From: Camelus ferus | Lineage: Eukaryota | Length of the DNA: 64,000 bases | Direction of reading: 5' to 3' | Assembly: GCF_009834535.1 (NCBI RefSeq) | Contig: NC_045696.1 | Span: 52,144,001-52,208,000 of the forward strand | Shown: positions 12,101 through 25,250 of the stretch, piece by piece | Layout of the letters: every line of letters starts with the position of its first letter | How positions within the stretch are numbered: the first letter of the stretch is position 1 | Notes under the pieces: model-generated | Told to the model about the DNA's origin: nothing | Seen by the model: only the letters and a program-made list of their open reading frames with translations | Database searches by the model: none | Made by a program: the position numbers and the translations under genes

Positions 12101-14339
12101 GAATAGTTAAGGATTCATATTCAAAAATCATCCTGATATGTGAAGATGGAAAAATACATGGGATATTTTTTATCTTTCAACTCCACGATCTCCAGTAAAA
12201 AGAAAGAAAGAAAGTAGTCGTATTTCTTATTCTTCAGTTTTTTATCTAACCAACTGTTTACAAGTTAAAACTCTTTATTGGTATTCAGGTTTTTTAACGA
12301 AAGCTCAGGAAAAAATATATTTTTAAAAAAGCAGATCTCCATATTCAAATCTATTTTCCTTTGAAAGGCTGTGCTGTCTGTGTGTATAGATTGTTTTACT
12401 GAATAATTTTAGAAAATAACAGCTGAAATATTCATAACCAAATGAATTAATATTCTAGCACATATCTGATCACCAATCACTACATTTTATACCATGGCAT
12501 CTCTTGAAATACACACAGACACACACATTATTATTATTTGGATTCTTGGTATGATAGCTTCACCAATATAATCAACTCAAAATATAGCTTATCTGATTTT
12601 GTGAAATACAAATAAATAATATTGCGAGTTAAAACAGAGATAAAAACTAAGAATGTAATGTATATCTATAACAGCGAGCAGTCAAAACAACAGCTGAAAG
12701 TTATATTGCTAAAATGCATCAACACATGTGGCTGTGAAAACGTCTTAAGTACGATGAGAATTCTGGTTATCTACCTTCAGAAAAAGATGAAGCATGAGGT
12801 TTAAGAGTACATCTTTAGTACTTCCGTACCTTAAAATATTGCCGAGTATTAATTTTTCATCAAGCTGTCATTTTCTCTGACATTTGGTTTTATTAATCAA
12901 GGCATTTATCATTAATTTGTAGAAAATACCGTAATTAAGCCAAATAAAATAAAATCCTTAAAAGGTTAAAAATAGAAAGCAGGTGAATTAGAACTTTGAC
13001 ATTACCCTGTTGACATAAAGGAGCCTTTTGAAAGTATGGGAATTAAGTTTTTGCAGTGAGTTTGGTTTCTCAATCTTGAGGCTGGCTGGTTTTAAAAAAA
13101 ATGTTATAAAGATTTGATTTAAAGCTCTCTGACAGTTTTGACATTCAGGTGAAAGTACTGCTGCTGCATTTGGAACAATTTGCATATCCCACTGCTAAAA
13201 GCAATGTTTGAGGTGTGCACTGGTGTAAAGAAATTAAAAACAAGCTATCACACATGCTTAAGTGTATGTATTAACAAAAATGATGGTTGGATCACACTAC
13301 CCCATCCCCCTCCAATGTAATCTGTGATTTACTCTTCTATAATAAATTACCCTACCATGTTATTCTCATGGAAGATCTAACCATGCATGTAAGAAGCAAA
13401 GTAATTACAGTCCCCTCTTGTCTCAGAAACCTTCTTCAATCCCTATGAGCTCTCTATACACAATGCAGCAACATAAGTCTTTATAAAGTTCTTGCCTGAA
13501 ATTCTGGACTTCAATGAGTACCCACTAAATCTCACCTGCATGGTTCTGTTGTCCCCCCCAAAATGCATTTTTATTCCTCATAGTTAGTTGTAAAGCTCTG
13601 GCTTTGAACCAATATGTCTATTTAGAAAAAGGGCAAGGTATAAAATCAGAAGAGTTGCAAACATTTAAAAAACAGTGGAGGGGCCATAATACATTCCTAA
13701 ATAGAAGGATGAAGGGGTATAGCAACACCCAGTATTCTTAGATGACACAAAGCTTCTTCTTTTTTTGACTTATACTTTCAGATTATTTTGTAGGTAGACA
13801 TAGAAAAACATATATAATGTGTTAAAGGGCAATAAAGAAAAGACCTGAGGCAATAACCTCAGGGCCTTTAATTTTATGAAAATTTTCAGGAAGATAAAAA
13901 TCCATTGAAGAAAATATCATTGGATATTACCTTTAGCCTTCAGAGTCTCAAAGGACAATTCTTAACACTTCTTTTTGTGTGACTGAAAAAGAGAAGTACT
14001 TAAAATTAGGAATCTGCCAAGAAAACAATTTACATTCCACAATATCTTTATGACTAGTCATGAGAAGTAGGGAGATAAGCTTGTGTATATCAACTAATAT
14101 CTATCCTTTTACAAAGAAAAATAAAGGCTAACATATTAATTTGCTTATGAACAAAGTACTATGAACAAGTATTCAGTAAAATATGGCATAAATTTACAAT
14201 CTAAACCACTGTGTATACAGGGTTTAGATGAAAAACAAGAGTATTTATTAGAGTATTATTAGAAGCTTTCTTTATTTACACAAAGATTTTTACATTATGT
14301 TTTTAACATTTAAAAAACTAATCTCAAATAATCTTTATC

Positions 14340-14560
14340 TCATTTATTTGTTTATTCTTAATTATCAGAGATTTTACAAAGATCTACTATGTATAATACA
14401 CTGATAAGTACTGCTGAGTTAGTAAGTATATAAGATAAGATATAGATCATATCCTCAAAATATGAGTGAGGTTGGAGAAATTTTCACAAAAAAAGATAAT
14501 CCAAAGAGAATAAAAAGTAAATGAGTGAAAGAGGGCAGCATGTTCAACAGAGCTTGAACT
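14340..14560 (-). mobile_element. L2 3' end fragment
   Basis: catttatttgtttattc...ctactatgt...aagatatagatcatatcctcaa follows the antisense L2 terminus pattern. Confidence 0.45.
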
Positions 14561-15424
14561 GGTCTTCAGTACCTAATGCACTGATATTAGAACATGGCCT
14601 TATGTTTTCTATCTTAGCAAGCAAGGCTAAGAGGAGGGTCCTACTCATATTTGGAGGTAAAGATGTCAAACAAATGGGTAAGACACCTCTAAATTATTTT
14701 CTACCCAAATGCATTTGATAATATAGAATCAAAGCTAGGACAAGGAGCAGTAAAGCAGGCAGGATGCTGTGGTGCTTTAAAAGTCAATTTGGTGAGTTTG
14801 AATATAAAAAGATTTAATTAGAAACAACTCTCCTAGTAAAAATAAGTTCGACATTGTATACTTTTGGAAAGTGATTTCTGTAAGTTTACTATGAAATCTC
14901 ACTGAGGCCCTTGATGTCATATTTACTAATAATCTCCAAAGGGATTCAGCCATTCAAAGTCTCAAAAGCAGTTTTACTAAGAAAAATGCATACATAAATA
15001 TAAGCCAATTCTGTAAACCAGTACATCTAGAGTAAAAGTTCTGTTAAAATTAAGAAGGGCTAAGGGTTTTAATTAATTGGATCTTTAAAGTGCAGAAACA
15101 AAGAGAAAATAAAGAATCAAACAACAAACCATACCATCAATCCTGAGTTTATTCTGCACTAACAGATAAATGGGATTTAACAGAAAAGAAAGGTGGTAGT
15201 TCTGCTATAATCAAGTACCATGCTTATTCTGCAACACCAAACTTCAGAAGAGGTACCAAAAATTATATCTGCTAGGAAGAGTGAGATAATAACCAATAAT
15301 CATGGATAAATAGAGGATAAGTAGGAATGGAAAAGAAAAAAACATGTTCAGGTTGTAAGCATGAGGTGAGGAAGGACACTTTGGAGAAAATTAATTTGGT
15401 CATTACATGATATAAAAGTAAGTT

Positions 15425-16590
15425 TTATTTATTTATTATCTGTCTTCTCTACTAGAATGGAAGTGCTGTTAGGTTAGGCATTGTCCTTTCGCTGTATCCC
15501 CCATTTCCATGAATAGTATCTGCCACATAGTAGGAGATCAATGAATATTTACTGAATGAAAGAATCAACAGCCTGACCCACCTATGAAACAGGCACTAAG
15601 TATACATCTATTTACAGATGAAACAATTTCAGCTTAAAGAAGTTAAATGGTATATATCAAATTAAACTTTGACCTTTTGCAATTGCAAACTTCTATAACA
15701 CGTTTTTCATAGTCTTTCAGTATTCATTCTAGCAGGGGAAACAAACAATAAGAAAATAAACTGTTAAACTTATAATGTCCTATAATTAATACTATGAGTA
15801 CAAACAAAACAAGGTAATAGGACTAAGAGTTACATGGGCTGATATTTTAGATAGGTCTAGCTGGGAAAGCTTCCCAGAGAAAGTGGACAATAATAAGAAA
15901 ATTTCTAAGTGAAGTAAGGCAAAGAGTCAAAAAAAAAAAATCTGGGGGCTATATGGGCTGTTATAAGGATTAAAAGAGATACATACTACCTCTCTTAGGA
16001 CAATGGCTTACACACAGCAAACCAGTGCTCTCAATAACTATTATTTTATTTTGCTGTTATTACTTTTATAAGTGGTGAATTCCCCTACCAGATTATAAAT
16101 TTGTCAAAGACACCCATTTTCTTCCCCTACAGCTCCTTAAATAGTGCCTAGCAAGAATTCAACAAACATTTATAGAATCGAGAATAGGAAGACACAATTC
16201 TCAGTTCATTTATCAGAAAAAATAAAAGACAATACAAATTTGAAAAAGTTACCATATTTCATATGCCTGAGTAAATCTAATTCTGTTAAATCAATGTCAC
16301 TTAGTAATCATTTATGGATTTAAAAGAAAGAGAAAGGAAAAATGTATAAAATGGCTAGACCAAATAAATCATAGATTTAAAAAAAGAATAAGAAAAAAAT
16401 CAGAAAAAAATGAAGGCATTGATAGTAGGCCACTGTCTTGACCATTTACATGCTCTGCCTCCATCACTTTTTTAGTGCAAAGACTCTACTACACAGATAT
16501 CTGATTCATTTATGTGTTCCTGATAGAAGCACAGGGTCTGGTATATAGTGAATATTCAATAAATGTTTGTTGAACTGAATTGAATAAAAA
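15425..16590. mobile_element. Cluster of short L2 3' ends and MIR fragments in both orientations
   Basis: L2 ends at ~15425-15565 (+), ~15720-15950 (-), ~16070-16180 (+) and ~16480-16590 (+). MIR pieces at ~15600-15660 (-) and ~15955-16050 (+). Confidence 0.55.
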
Positions 16591-17019
16591 TTATTTTTAG
16601 TAGTTCTGATGATTTAAAGCTAGTTCAAAAAATTTTTAATAATAAAATAGGAGATTACAACCAAAAAATAACAAGTGTTAGGTTTTGACCCTGCAGCAGA
16701 GTAGAGAACAAGGTTAGTTTTTACCAAAGACTGAAATATAAGTGACAATGTGATAATTGTCATTGGAAGAGACAGATCTGAGAACAGATCATAGGGACTC
16801 CAGTATGGGATAAATATTATAGGTAGATTTCCACAATGTTGAGATAGCTGACTAATTGAATGACAAAAAAAAAAAAAAAGTGCTCTCTACTTTTTGCCAC
16901 GCCCCCACATAAAAATCAGGTTGATATATCTGAATATAATAAGTAAAATAATCAAAGAGCTATAAGAAACCAAGATAAGAAGGCCTTTTGGAGGACATAA
17001 GCAATAGTATATAAAATAA

Positions 17020-17700
17020 GCGCAAAGATTTATGAATTTGACTACTTTAAATTAAAAATTTTTTAAGTCCAAAAATATCCTGGACAAAATTAAGAGGCCT
17101 AAAACAAAGATAAATATTTTTAATGTATATGATACTCATAGGGAATATACACAGGGTTAACAGTCTTCATTTATAAATAAATAAAACAAGTATCTCTTTT
17201 TTTTCCAAATAAATAGGCAATTCACAATAGAAGAAACTGAAGATATACACAAACAATATTAATGTGTAATTGCAATGAAAGAAATGCAAATTAAAGTAAC
17301 CTAAATATTCCATTATAGTGAAATGGTTTAATTAATTATATGTGATATAATGATAAGCTTCCATTAAATATGGCAAGTAAAAATTTACAATACACCATTA
17401 AGCTTAAAAAGCAGGTTGTAAAATGGTAAAGTATTAAGATAGCAAATTTTAATAATTTGTGTTTATGTAATATATATAGACTATGCAAATGTTTAGTCAT
17501 ATGCATGTATAAATGTAGCTCTGTGTGTATGTGCATATGTAGAAAAAAACATATGTGCATTAGAAAAAGTATGTAAGCACCTATATACTAAATTACTCCT
17601 AGTACTTATCTCAAAAATTAAGATTATGGCAGGAATTTTCTTACAATTTCCTTCCAAATTTTCTACAATAAATACAAATTACTTTTCATAAACATAAAAA
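17020..17700 (+). mobile_element. Old L1 (L1ME-like) ORF2 end and 3' UTR remnants
   Basis: tttgactactttaaattaaaaatttt, aggcaattcacaatagaagaaa and gaaatgcaaattaaa are decayed L1 landmarks; ends ttttctacaataaatacaaattactttt. Confidence 0.55.
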
Positions 17701-19760
17701 GCACTAAAACAAGATACATAGTCTATGTTGCAGAAAAAATTAGACAACATATTATTAGATTTCCTGAATGTTAAGAGATCCATTTGAAAATGTCTATCTA
17801 TCCCTATTTTTGGTGAAGGCCCCCTCCATTAACTGCATAGATTTTTATAAAAGAAGTAGGAAGGAAAGAAGATGGAGTGAGGGAGGGAAGAAAGAGAACA
17901 ACAAAGCAAAATGAAAAAAGTAAAATGAGAGAATGATAAGATTTGTAAAAAAAAATAAAAAACAGCAATCACCTATAATGGTATCTATTAGATTCCTAGA
18001 AGACAAATTTTAATTGTTCACATCTTTGATCTAATTTTCAAAGAAAAGCACAGACTGGAATGCAGAAAATTTAAGAAGATGGGGGTTATTTATACAATGA
18101 GCATACTATTATAAGAGAAAACAAATAAAGCATGTATCAATTTCAGTGATAGGACCATACAGAGAGAACCAAAATTTTCCATGAGAACAAACAGAGCATC
18201 AGCTTCGGAGGTAGGAGGAGTATAATTTCAAAAAGTAAAAATTCAAAGTAAGTAAATGACATGTTAAGACAAAATGAATAGAAACTGTTAGAGGCTATTC
18301 TCTACCAATAATTATAGAAAATAAGTTTTTATCATCCAATAGAAATTTAAATACATGCTTTGGTGGTATTTCATCAAAAATGCCAAATGAAAACCAATTT
18401 ATAATCCTTAAAGAACATCAGAATGAAAGACCCTGTACATACATGGTCAAGAGGACAAGATATTCTGTCTAAGACTAGAAAAGATTAATTTAGTTCTAGT
18501 CCATTCATAATGGTGCTTCTTAAGGTGGAGACATTCATTCTGGCTTGGGGTTCTAGAGTTTTTAAAACACCAGAGAAATCTGGTAAGTTCTTTGGTAGGC
18601 TTCTCCAAGAATCCATAAAGGTGACCTGGTTAAACCACATCTAAAATCAAATCAAAGTCTATTGAGCCAGAGCTCTAGGGCAACAACAAAAGACTATATA
18701 CTTGACTCAATTATCCTTGCTGTCAGGTGTCTCAGTTTCCCTTCCAAATAGAGGGGAAAAGTTCAGAAAAATTACGTACTAAATACCTCTTTTAACTGTT
18801 AAATCCAATCAATTTATTTCTTTTTCCTCATTTGTCTCTTTAAAAGTAACCTAAGCCCTTCCCTTTATTATGTGCAGCTTTACTCTGTTTATTTTTATTT
18901 CCCAATAGTAGAATGCCTTAAATAAATTCTTAAAAACCAACACATCAACAAATAAATAAACTAAAACTCCATGACTATAAAAAGTACACAGTCTAACCTG
19001 CTTAATTATTAACAGGTAAACAGAATGCATTTCTGAATTATTTACCTAATCTCTTTCAATTAAAAACTTTAAAGTTTTTGAGATTGGAATGTATACCCTT
19101 GCTAAGGATCTACAAAACAATTATTTTAAAATATTCTATTAAGCCATTTTAATAAAAGCAATGAAAAACACCGAAGTAAATGTGAATTTAAACATTTGCA
19201 TAAGTGCATAAGAAATGCAACACATTTTTCAGAGACCAGTACAATTCCCTTCCTTCCAACTTCCCCTTGTCCTCTTTTCAGAGACACTATTCCACAATAC
19301 ATTTGGAAAGAATGAGTATAAATATTCTGTACTAAATTATATTAATGAGGTTGATGTAATAATAGTTTTGGAGCAAGCAGTTTATATAATGCTTTTACTC
19401 CTAAGCATATCATAAGAAACATACAATATGAAACTATAGCAAATGTTAATAATTCTGAAACTAGAAGGGCAAAAATAAAGAATGAACAGTAGACAAAAAT
19501 CACCATTTTCTCTGGACATAATACCAGCTCAGCTAATATACTGAAGAATGATTGCTGCTTGACACAAGTGAACATTGATTACTTGGCATGCTGGTTAATT
19601 AAATTTTCCGGCTAGCTAAGGGTTCATCAGGGAGAATAAAATTTTCACTTTGATTCTTTTAACTAAAAACCTAAGATCTACTAGTAGATTTTTCTGCCTC
19701 AGTAAATAGGGTATTATAGTTTTATCTTCATTAAAGATAAAAAATTTATATTGCCTCAGA

Positions 19761-19893
19761 GGATGGCTCTTACTCTTTTGGGGGATCATAAGCCCCTCTG
19801 AGAAGATGATAAAAAAACCAAGAATTTCTTTCTCTAGAAAAGTGTACACGTCCACAGAATTTTGTATAAAATTTCCGGAAGTCCAAGAACACA
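19761..19893. mobile_element. hAT-Charlie MITE (Charlie4z/MER103-like; subfamily tentative)
   Basis: cttttgggggatcataagcccctctgagaagatgataaaa...ctagaaaagtgtacacgtccacagaattttgtataaaatttc matches a remembered Charlie MITE consensus. Confidence 0.6.
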
Positions 19894-20384
19894 CATAAAG
19901 ACCATTAGTCTTCTAATTTTACAGAATTTGAAATATGTGACATATGTGGACTGATTACACAGTGATCCCAGAACGTAACAAGGATGTTTAAGCTGCTTTT
20001 TGAAGACATCCCTAATAATGATCTATTTTCTTATGATTTGCCTCTGTTTTTCTAAAAGAGGAGTGTAAAAATAATTCTGCTTAATTTAATCTTGTTTAAA
20101 GGTTAAATAATGTCTCCTTTTAGGACAACTGCACTACCAAGTGCTTTAAGCTTTAAACAAAATAATGCTGTTTTCAAATAATTTCACATTCTAGAAGTGA
20201 CAACAACAACTTTCTTATACTTTTGTAACTCTTAGAGAAGGCAGGGTCAGAGAGAAAGCTACTTAACTTTTACCTTTACTTCTAAAGATTATCAGATAAT
20301 TGCAAGTACATAAGCATTCCTGTATTCAGATTTTGTTCAGAGTACTTTTATGAATATTTACTTACAGAAAATAAATAATAACTC

Positions 20385-20550
20385 TACAAGGTAGCTACCC
20401 AAATATCAGATGTCATTATCCTTATTTTATTGATGTATAAACAGGCACAAAAAGATTAAGTGATTTGCCAAAGATCACCTCTCTAATGAATGGCAAAACC
20501 TGGATTTAAACCCAATCTGCCTGCAGAGTCTGTACTCCTACACACCATAC
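20385..20550 (-). mobile_element. MIR SINE
   Basis: attatccttattttattgatgtataaacaggcacaaaaagattaagtgatttgccaaagatcac...ggatttaaaccca is a clear antisense MIR core. Confidence 0.8.
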
Positions 20551-22284
20551 ATTTCTGGTTTCAATCTGTCATGAGCTGATGGGTTTTCTTGTGTGGTTTC
20601 ATATTTAACAGAAGTCCACCTCTTTACTACCATGCAAGAAACATTCATACTGTTTCACTCAGATGTGTCCATTTGGGGAGTTGTTCATAAATTGCTGTTA
20701 AAACTAGCACCACCTTTGTGGCAGTTATGTAACATTACAAATCTTTCAGAGTCAAATACCCAGAAGAAAAATAACACCATTATCTCAGTAAATGCTAAAA
20801 CCTACAATAAAAGCTGACCCTTCATTTTCTTTTTAGAAATAGTTCTGAGGAGATACAAAATTGAATGATTATCCATTCTAAGGGCCAACCAAGACAACAA
20901 GATAAATGAGCTATATTATCATAATAACAGTACCCAAAGGTAAGATTGTCTGTTATTCCTAATTTGTCTAAGGAGAGAAACAAACCAGATTACATGATTT
21001 TTACTTTTTTAGCCTTAAATAGTTTCTATGAAATAGAAATATTTAAGTAAAATGTATATTTAGTGAGGGCAGGCTAGTTGCTTCAGTGGCCAAACCTGCC
21101 ACAACATGAAAATTTTCTTGGCACACCCTTCTTACTGACAGACTGAGTGTTCCCAGAGATAGCAACCAATTGCATTCAAGGTTTGCTTTCAGTGTACCAA
21201 CCTTTACATTCTGAGTAGTCCTATGAAGAGCAAAGGCTGATAACAAAAAGAGAGAGAAAAAGAATAAAAGAAAAAATTCTATCCTTACAGTTTGTGAAGA
21301 AAATTTTTCAGTTATAAATGTGTTCCATTTAATTTTTATTGAATTACTACTCCCTACATGTAAATACAATTAAGCATGTACTAGCAATACACAAATATAA
21401 GAGGGCAAAATAAGGCAAAATGTTCAGAGTCCCGGAAAATGGTTAAATATCATACACAGGGAAGAAGGCATAGCACAAGGCCAGCACAAATACAGATATA
21501 AGATTATATAATAAGAAAGAATCTTGGCAATTGAGTCAGCGTTTCCTCGTTAGACCCAGGGACTGCTATGAAGTAATTGTAATATAACCAAGCCAGGCTG
21601 GGAATGAGAACCAGGTTAAAATAGAAAGTATGCGTGGAATAAAAACATCATTCTCAGCTCCTTCTGTCTTTAAATAATCTTACATACCACAATAAAACAA
21701 ATATTTGGAAATCATCTAGTTATTACCTTATTCCCTATAATGATTCCCAATCACTTACAATATCAAATCCTATTGTGCTTGGTTTTCAAAGTCCTCCATA
21801 ATCTGGTTCCATTATGTATTCACTCTTCCAAATAATACAGAAATTATACGCTCTAATCCAATCAGATAAGATTTTAAACCAATATACACCGATTCAGCAA
21901 ACTTTTATTGGGGCCTACAATGTGTCTAGGAGTGTTCGCATAACTGAAATTTACATGGTCTTGGAGCCAAAGAATCAAGTGTAAATCTCCAACTTCTCCA
22001 AAACTCTTTATCAGCTCTGTCTTTGTACTCTTTTATTTCCATCCACACACCTATGCATGACCTTCTCTTGGATTCAACTAAAATTGATTCAGATAAAATT
22101 AATTCAATTACTCTCATTTTAGTTCAAACATCTACATATCTGTTTAGAAAATACTGATTGAACATCTAAGAAAACATAGAGAGGGCTACCCTGTTTCTAC
22201 TAACATTCTTCCACAGACATAAAATATGGTGGGTCCTAAATTAACACAGTATACACATACACACAAACTCTTTTCTTAAGATCC

Positions 22285-22675
22285 AGACACACTGGTTTAT
22301 TTCTATTCCTTCATCAGGCCACAGCTTTTTGGGGTTCTTAAACTTGTCCTTTTAGAGGCTCTTCTCCCAGATCATTTCATGGTGGCTTCCCTTTCTCATC
22401 ATTCAGTCCTGGCTCAAATGGCACCTCATTACTCTTTATCTCACTATCCACCTTTTCTGACCCAAGTCACTCTTTATTCAACCATCCAATTTTCTTTTCT
22501 TCACAGATATCACTCTCTGCAATCATTATTTATAAACTCACTCATTGTCCCTCTCCTCACATTAGGGACCCTATCAGTGTAGCTGCACATTATGCACTGC
22601 CAAATCACTTGCTCCTGGCATTATGCCTGGCATGTAGTAAGCACTCAAACAGCTGAGGAATAAATAAACAAATAC
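22285..22675 (+). mobile_element. L2a 3' end
   Basis: cttctcccagatcatttcatggtggcttccctttctcatcattcagt...tgcctggcatgtagtaagcactcaa. Confidence 0.7.
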
Positions 22676-22983
22676 AAAAAAGTAATTATGAAGTTAATAT
22701 TCAAGCCATAAATATTTATCAGGCACCTACCATGCACAAGGTGATTATTTTTAGTTGAATCCCAGGCTGAAGAATGCTCTGTCCTCAACATAAGTACATT
22801 TGGGAGAAAAGTCCAAGATAAATTTGATGACACTTATTTTGAAAGGATTCTAAACAAAATAGATCATCACAGAATGAGATCTAAAATGTCTTTGATACTT
22901 AAGACAAACCACATTCTTTTTCTCAGCCACAGTTCCCTTCACCTTTCCCACTAAACCTATTGATATATCATCATCAACTTTTA

Positions 22984-23031
22984 TGACGTCAACAGCAGTT
23001 AAATGGAACTGAGTGAAAGACAGTGACGTCA
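22984..23031. promoter_or_regulatory. Pair of perfect CRE palindromes (TGACGTCA x2), candidate CREB/ATF/CREM element
   Basis: TGACGTCA at 22984-22991 and 23024-23031, 40 bp apart, with CpGs intact in CpG-depleted unique DNA. Confidence 0.5.
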
Positions 23032-23233
23032 TGTATCTCATTTTGGACCTTTACTACTGAAACAAATGGGTCATTTCCCATGAAACATAGAAGATTCAGG
23101 GTAAGACTAAACATAAGTGTTGTTAACATGTACAAATTCACTCCCTCCTTCATACAATTACAAATACTCGTCCTATGCCCAGACTTGACAACAATTCTAA
23201 TGCTTCTAAAGGTTAAAAACAATTCATATAAGC

Positions 23234-23400
23234 CAGAGATCAGCAAACTTTCTGCAAAAGGCCAAATGATAAATATTTTAGGCTTTGAGGGTCACACACT
23301 TTTCATCTCAACTGCTCAACTCTGCCATTTAGTATGAAAGTAGGCAATAAATACATAAACAAACAAGCATGCTGGCAATTAAATAAAACTTTTTATAAGA
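23234..23400 (+). mobile_element. MER58A (hAT-Charlie) DNA transposon, 5' part; terminus resumes at ~24512-24534
   Basis: cagagatcagcaaactttctgcaaaaggccaaatgataaatattttaggctttg...actgctcaactctgcc matches MER58A. The end tagttgacccttg follows the L1 insert; degenerate 8-bp flanks are atataagc/atctaaat. Confidence 0.8.
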
Positions 23401-23449
23401 ATAGAGTGTGATCATCAGGGAAATGTAAATCAAAATCACAATGACATTC

Positions 23450-23583
23450 TCAGTGGTGCTTACCAGCACCAGTGTCCCCACAGTAGAGGGAGCTCCTAGG
23501 AATGGCTGCCCCTGGTGTCTATGCCCCCAAGGTGAGCTGCAGTTGCCTCTTGCCTTTCTGGGAGACTCTCCAAGACCAGCAAG
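23450..23583 (-). mobile_element. Inverted L1 5' UTR-like fragment
   Basis: GC-richer ccccaaggtgagctgcagttgcctcttgcctttctgggagactctccaagaccagca resembles antisense laurasiatherian L1 5' region. Confidence 0.5.
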
Positions 23584-23826
23584 AACTAAGGCCCCCCCAG
23601 GTGAAGATGGTGACTTGATGCTGAGACACAAGACTGGTCGGAACTAGAAAGCTGATGATTGAGATTCCTGGAACACCGCCCTGTTACCTCACCAGCAAAC
23701 AATCAGAAGAAAGTCATACAACCTGCTGCTATCACCCTACATGTTGCCTTAAAAACTCTTCCCTGAAAGTCATCAAGGAGTTCAGGTCTTCCAAGCACAA
23801 GCCACCTATTCTCCTTGCTTGACCCT
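23584..23826 (+). mobile_element. ERV1-type LTR fragment
   Basis: CCAAT-like caatcagaagaa, TATA-like gccttaaaaactcttccctgaaa and R-region-like attctccttgcttgaccc. Truncated at both ends. Confidence 0.55.
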
Positions 23827-23829
23827 ATG

Positions 23830-24511
23830 GTCTGGCTATTTATCCATGGAAATGAAAACACTAACTTGAAAAGGTATCTGCACCCCCATGTTGTTTGTAG
23901 CGTTATTTACAATAGCCAAGATATGGAAACAATCTGAGCACGTATCCATGGATGAATGGGAAAAAAATGGTTTATATATACAATGGAATCTTATTTAGCC
24001 ATAAAAAGAAGGTAGTCCTGCCATTTGTGACAACATGAACTGACCTTGAGAGCATTATGCTAAGTGAAACAAGTCAGATAGAGACAAATAACATATGACC
24101 TCACTTATAGCTAGTGAAATCTAATGGTATCTAAAAAAAAAATGTACTCAGAGATACAGAGAACAGATGGGTGGTTGCCAGAGGCGGGGCAAGGGGGTGG
24201 GCAAAACAGGTGAAAGTGGTCGAAAGGTACAAACTTCCAGTCATAAAATTAGTGAGTCCTGGGGATACAATGTATATCATAGTGACAATATAGTTAATCA
24301 TACTGCATTGTATACTTGAAAGTTGCTAGGAGAATAGATCTTAAAAGTACTCATCACAAGAAGAAAAATTGTAGCTATGTGTGGTGATGGGTGTTAACTT
24401 ACTGTGGTAATCATTTTGCAGTGTGTACATAGATCAAACCATTATGTTGTACACCTGAAACTAGTATAATGTTATATACCAACTATACCTCAATAAGCAA
24501 AACAAAACAAA
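23830..24511 (+). mobile_element. L1 (L1MA9/L1_Art-like) 3' end
   Basis: atctgcacccccatgttg...tttacaatagccaagatatggaaacaa...gcattatgctaagtgaaa...tatacctcaataagcaaaacaaaacaaaa tail. Confidence 0.85.
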
Positions 24512-24559
24512 ATGGTAAGATTAGTTGACCCTTGATCTAAATCCATCAATAAAGCCTAT

Positions 24560-25250
24560 AGAATTTCTATATAGGGCAAACATAGCAACAAAATACGATT
24601 AGAAGGAGCACTGGAAGTCTTGTATTAGAAGCTGTCTTTATATGCTATGTATGTTGTTTCTCCATTAATTGTATGAGTATTTGGAAGGATCAATGAAGAT
24701 TATGGGAGGCCCAAACCCCTGAGGTCACTCTTACCACTGCCACCTAATCCCAATTTGGGGATATTCTTGGTATTACATTTTGGCCTTAAGTAGATTCATT
24801 GTATTTACATAAATATTCAATACACTAGGTTATCTGTATCCTGACTTTTAAATTATTTTTTAAAAACTACAATAAATAGTTGAAGTTAAGAAATGCTTTC
24901 CCTTTTTCCATGCTAATTCTGCAATTCTATTTTAAACAACTATTAATTTTGTCAGACATGATTTGTTTGTAATAAACTCATCTTGTTCATTGCTTATGAT
25001 TCCTTTGTCTTCAAGATGTTTACTTATTTCTCTTCCAGTATTTTATTGAAAATGTTGTCAGCCTATTTCAGGCTACATTATCATTACATTTATTATTAGA
25101 ATTGTTTCTTCCTCAAAATCTTTTAGGCCTTCTAAATTTCCTAATTAGAATATACCTTCATATATCCAAATTACTAAATACTCCTTTACTGATTCTGGCT
25201 GATAACGTTTCAAAAGGTATTTTTAACTCTTTTCTGCTTCTTAAAATTAG
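24560..25250 (-). mobile_element. Ancient CR1/L3 LINE RT relic
   Basis: The minus strand gives VKEYL.NLD (~25170), KHLEDKGIISNEQDEFITNKSCLTKLIVV*NRIAELAWKKG (~25022-24900) and VTSGV (~24720), in the order expected for CR1 ORF2. Confidence 0.65.

Noticed and set aside
19342..19575. Hydrophobic 77-aa ORF resembling a membrane peptide
   Set aside because: Expected from T-rich sequence; no recognisable homology or convincing splice context.
23329..23647. GC-richer antiparallel ORFs
   Set aside because: They span L1 and LTR fragment junctions.
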